A DNA stretch of 64,000 nt, taken from positions 28,836 through 92,835 of the IMG/VR virus record IMGVR_UViG_651053022_000007; one strand, written 5' to 3'. The translations under genes and the position numbers were made by a program. Under the pieces are notes generated by a model, which did not search any database, had not been told where the DNA came from, and saw only the letters and a program-made list of their open reading frames with translations. Source of the stretch: a virus (lineage: Duplodnaviria; Heunggongvirae; Uroviricota; Caudoviricetes). Positions 60,606-64,000 of the stretch are shown in pieces (within the stretch, counting starts at the first letter, position 1; every line of letters starts with the position of its first letter).

Positions 60606-61427
60606 CTATCGCGTTACCCTCTTTAACTGCCGCTCCGCCCATGCCTCTTCAATGTCAAACCGAACCACCAACGTATCGTAAAAGCGTTTCACTGATTTTT
60701 TCCACGTATCAAGCGTGATAGCACTCGTCACTTTGCATATGGCATTAAATGCCTCCGTTGATGGTAGTCTTTCACAGCCACGACCACCACAACGCTGGCA
60801 GTCTCTGATAACAGGCATACCACGTTTTACCGACTCTTCACGATGAATGGCGACACCACGCCCACGGCAATCCTTACAGGCGGTGGAAACCTCACCCTTT
60901 CCGCCACACTCCGGACAGGCAACTTTTACCACTTCCTTGACTTTTTTCCATTCTTCCCAGTAAGACGAATACACACCTTTCGTACACTTTGCCCATACCG
61001 GCGGCTTACCATCCGGATACTGGACCTTGTTTGTAAAAACTACGCTTTCAATAAATTTTTCCCCATAGCAACAAGGGCACTGCTTTTTACTCGCTACGCT
61101 GCGGGCATAATCCTCAAAAGCGTACGAAGCCATAATGCGCATCACTACCGGTTTTATTTCTGCCGGAAGTTTTCTCAACGCCGCCACACGATCGCACCGA
61201 CTGAGTGCATAATCTGCCAGTAATTCTGTTGCCCGCGCCCTGTCATTCATACTGATGCCCATTTTCCCCAGGAACGCAGAAAACCCCATCTCAGCCCGAT
61301 TCTGTGTCATGCCCTGCGCGGCCATCACATCAGTGATACTCAGCGCATCTTTCGACGTTGAGGCCGATGCATCAGTCAGGCCGGGGGATTTTGGGGAGTA
61401 GTATTTCGGTAAATCTTCCAGTTTCAT
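60606..61427 (-). CDS. lambda-type late antiterminator Q
   Basis: 273 aa; similar to lambda Q (FHSPKSP-like YYSPKSP, DVMAA.GM, ASYAFEDYARS, Cys clusters, C-terminal TWKKSVKRFYDTLVV). Confidence 0.75.
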   Translation of the reverse strand: MKLEDLPKYYSPKSPGLTDASASTSKDALSITDVMAAQGMTQNRAEMGFSAFLGKMGISMNDRARATELLADYALSRCDRVAALRKLPAEIKPVVMRIMASYAFEDYARSVASKKQCPCCYGEKFIESVVFTNKVQYPDGKPPVWAKCTKGVYSSYWEEWKKVKEVVKVACPECGGKGEVSTACKDCRGRGVAIHREESVKRGMPVIRDCQRCGGRGCERLPSTEAFNAICKVTSAITLDTWKKSVKRFYDTLVVRFDIEEAWAERQLKRVTR

Positions 61428-61441
61428 TTTTTGACCTGCTC

Positions 61442-61804
61442 TTAATGCATTATGGGGTAAATCTTCACCCCCAGACGTCCACCAGATACTGGCTGACCAC
61501 GAACGATATTGATTTCATCAAACTGCTCATCGTCCATTAGCAACCCCGCATGCGTCAGCGCATCCAGCGGCGCTTTCAGAATATTGTCCAGATCACGGCG
61601 GCGCTTATCCGGTGGTTCTGCAATAATTTTTATTGCCAACCTTCCGGACAGGCTTAATTTCAGCCGCTGCTGGCGAACAATAAGCGCCACTGCCCGGCGA
61701 TAACGCTCCCCGGCTTTTGATACAAAATATGTGCTGCCACGACGACGCCAGTAAGTGTTCACCGTTGGCGGGTAAGGCAAAACAAATTCTATGCGTTCAG
61801 TCAT
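61442..61804 (-). CDS. rusA: RusA Holliday junction resolvase
   Basis: 120 aa; LPYPPTVNTYW...PDKRRRDLDNILKAPLDALTHAG. Confidence 0.8.
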   Translation of the reverse strand: MTERIEFVLPYPPTVNTYWRRRGSTYFVSKAGERYRRAVALIVRQQRLKLSLSGRLAIKIIAEPPDKRRRDLDNILKAPLDALTHAGLLMDDEQFDEINIVRGQPVSGGRLGVKIYPIMH

Positions 61805-62860
61805 TCATGCTTTCCACTTCAGGACACCCGAATTTCTCGCGTGCATTAAAAAACGAATCAGCAACAACAGCTGGCTGCCGTGTTTTTCTTCAAAATCTTT
61901 TACCCCGGCGTGCAGTTCGTTATGACATTTACGGCACAGCGGAATAACAAACAAATCATCAGCCTTTGTTCCCATCCCTCCCAGTCCATGACCAATGATG
62001 TGATGCGGATCATCTGCCTGATTGCCACACGTCATGCATTTCTGCGTTTTTACCCAACGCGTGTATACAGGCATCTCTTCCCGTTGTGATTTCTGGCGCT
62101 GGAGATACTGAGCCGGTGACTCCGGATCAACGGCAATGCTGACCACCGTCTTTTCCTGTGGCGGGTTTTGCTGGTGGGCGTGAGGCAGCGGCGCAAGATT
62201 TTTTGTGCGCTGCTTCAGTATGCTGGTGGCGGTCTGCTCTCCCGGTACGATGTCGCTTTCACGGTACATTGAGCGGATTTTTTCCGCACGCAACCCCAGC
62301 GAACGACGTAATACCGCTTCCGGTAGCGCGTCCGCCACCTGATTGCGGACCGCCCACCAGGATAATTCAGCCAGCGATAATTCCCGTTCCTGCGAGCCAT
62401 TCATTGCATGGCGTATGACGTCAATCATCCATGCAAACAGGTTTTGGTGAGCAAGTTGCCCGAGTGATTCGGAGGTCTGGTCGCGCAGCTGGTTGTCGCA
62501 GTGCCAGCACAACACCATTGCGCCGGTACCATAACGGTGAATGACGGTTTCACTGTGGTGATAATCGCCGTGTGGCCACTGGCAGGATTTAACATGGCGC
62601 AGTAACCAGTCAGACAATGCGCCAGCGCCACCAGCAGCACGAATCACTCGTTCGTCGCTGAAAAATGGCAGTAATGATTTATCCTCCGCCAGCGGCTGGC
62701 GAACGGCAGGAACGACCCCGGACGGCAGATTACGCATGCTTTTCGGTTCCGGCTCCACCAGTACCCGGGTATTGTGGAATACCGGCATGGATTCACGGCC
62801 CGGCTTAACGATCACCAGCCCGAGTTCCGGTACCAGAACAGGTCGAAGTAATACCCGCAC
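61805..62860 (-). CDS. YdfU-like (DUF968) protein with HNH-like C-terminal Cys/His motif
   Basis: 351 aa; CMTCGNQADDPHHIIGHGLGG...IPLCRKCHNELHAG. Confidence 0.6.
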   Translation of the reverse strand: MRVLLRPVLVPELGLVIVKPGRESMPVFHNTRVLVEPEPKSMRNLPSGVVPAVRQPLAEDKSLLPFFSDERVIRAAGGAGALSDWLLRHVKSCQWPHGDYHHSETVIHRYGTGAMVLCWHCDNQLRDQTSESLGQLAHQNLFAWMIDVIRHAMNGSQERELSLAELSWWAVRNQVADALPEAVLRRSLGLRAEKIRSMYRESDIVPGEQTATSILKQRTKNLAPLPHAHQQNPPQEKTVVSIAVDPESPAQYLQRQKSQREEMPVYTRWVKTQKCMTCGNQADDPHHIIGHGLGGMGTKADDLFVIPLCRKCHNELHAGVKDFEEKHGSQLLLLIRFLMHARNSGVLKWKA

Positions 62861-63174
62861 GTTACCTCCAGATGCGTTGCTGGAATGTGCGGGACGGACG
62901 CGGTGGGCGTTCAGAGTAAGGAAGCCTGACGGAGATTATCCAGTGACGATAATCGAGGCTGAGGGCTTTCTTAATCTCGTATCCGCGTCTGCGGTAGTTA
63001 TGAATTAGCCATTCGGCCTGTTCTTCAGTACATGGTGGGTGTTGCGTGCCGGTGATTACCGCGCTCCGGGATCACTGGCCGGAATGATTGAACAGGCCTG
63101 GTGCAGTGCCCTGGGGGTGGATGCCGGATGCCATGCCACGCTGGTGCATTTTCCGGCCTGGCCGGCACACCGGG

Positions 63175-63270
63175 TTCATGAAGATGGCGGTCCAGGGTTT
63201 TCAGAGCCCGCAGAATGAGACTGCGCTCGCCGGGCGTCATTTCTCCGGGCAGAAAGGAAAGCTGCTGCAT
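63175..63270 (-). pseudogene. RadC-like (YeeS/YfjY-type) N-terminal fragment
   Basis: MQQLSFLPGEMTPGERSLILRALKTLDRHLHEPGV then unrelated sequence; identity recalled from memory. Confidence 0.35.
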
Positions 63271-63320
63271 TGTCCCTGCCTCCATTCAGTCGATGATGCG
63301 CATAATGGCGCTGCATTGAG

Positions 63321-63427
63321 CTGCTGGAAACGCAGACCGTGGACTTCAGCGTGGGTGCTGAAGGGCTTCGCCATGTACCGGGGGATGTCATTGAAATCTG
63401 CGATGATGACTATGCCGGTATCAGCAC
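63321..63427 (+). pseudogene. J-like internal fragment, second copy
   Basis: same ~110 bp as 46614-46732 ([35 protein letters not shown]). Confidence 0.5.
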
Positions 63428-63675
63428 ATTGATGTCTTAGGGCCGGAGAAACGCAGACGGCGTACTACACAGGAAAAGATCGCTATCGTTCAGCAGAGCT
63501 TTGAACCGGGAATGACGGTCTCCCTTGTTGCCCGGCAACATGGTGTGGCAGCCAGCCAGCTATTTCTCTGGCGTAAGCAATACCAGGAGGGAAGTCTTAC
63601 TGCTGTGGCTGCCGGAGAACAGGTCATTCCTGCCTCTGAACTTGCTGCCGCCATGAAGCAGATTAAAGAACTCCA
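63428..63675 (+). mobile_element. IS2 orfA fragment, 5'-truncated at codon 2
   Basis: [84 protein letters not shown]; same start point as 35885. Confidence 0.7.
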
Positions 63676-63790
63676 GCGCCAGAAGTTAACGCCATGTATC
63701 CGGAGCTTAAGCTGCACGCCATTGGGTGGGTTAAGCATAAATGTATTCCTGGTGCTAAATGGCCCGAAATTCAGGCAGAGATGCGCATCT

Positions 63791-64000
63791 GGAATTGAAG
63801 GCTGGCAAGAAGGTAAATTAGAAGGTTTGCAGCAAGGTAAATTGGAGGGTTTGCAGAAAGGTAAATTAGAAGGTTTGCAGGAAGGCATGCATGAGCAAGC
63901 CATTAAAATTGCCTTGCGCATGCTGGAGCAGGGCTTTGAACGTGAGATTGTGCTGGCGGCAACCCAACTCACTGATGCTGATATTCCGAACTGTCATTAA
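63791..64000 (+). pseudogene. Rpn (YhgA-like) nuclease family C-terminal fragment
   Basis: GKLEGLQ repeats then [33 protein letters not shown] stop. Confidence 0.4.

Overview
The window is a mosaic of temperate-phage DNA of Enterobacteriaceae (E. coli-like) type, with four blocks. All calls rest on reading the six-frame translations and the DNA by eye; no database search or alignment was run. (1) 1-35.7 kb: a largely intact podovirus-like temperate phage. It has an immunity region, a plus-strand early operon (exonuclease, RecT, AlpA-like, MT-A70 methylase, Ser/Thr phosphatase), a P4-type integrase lying next to the lysis cassette across a candidate attP, a tailspike, an SOS-box-controlled antirepressor module, an AT-rich moron island, ejection proteins, tail, capsid and portal genes, a tRNA-Arg and terminase. 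(2) 35.7-45.8 kb: a decayed lambdoid early-right/nin region with REP units, an IS2 remnant, an rrn spacer fragment (tRNA-Ile, tRNA-Ala), a YdfU::RusA fusion remnant, a Hok toxin, a QueH-like gene, a DnaC-like gene and a chimeric exonuclease. (3) 45.8-57.4 kb: a scrambled lambda-like tail-fibre region (J, lom, stf, tfa fragments) with a split pin-like invertase and gix-like sites, carrying cargo: an hsdS fragment plus hsdR, tRNA-Arg(ACG), and an orphan HNH-toxin fragment with an Im-type immunity gene, plus IS1/IS2 fragments. (4) 57.4-64 kb: a second lambdoid late-regulatory block (YdfU-like, RusA, lambda-type Q, DNA methylase, tRNA(CAT), tRNA-Arg) followed by AT-rich cargo ORFs, ending in IS2 and rpn fragments. 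The best candidates for something undescribed are the AT-rich moron island at 12986-14496, a TTACC-N5-GGTAA palindrome recurring at six intergenic sites, and the cargo-loaded invertible tail-fibre segment. Many junctions look chimeric, so assembly error or an artificial construct must be excluded before any biological interpretation.
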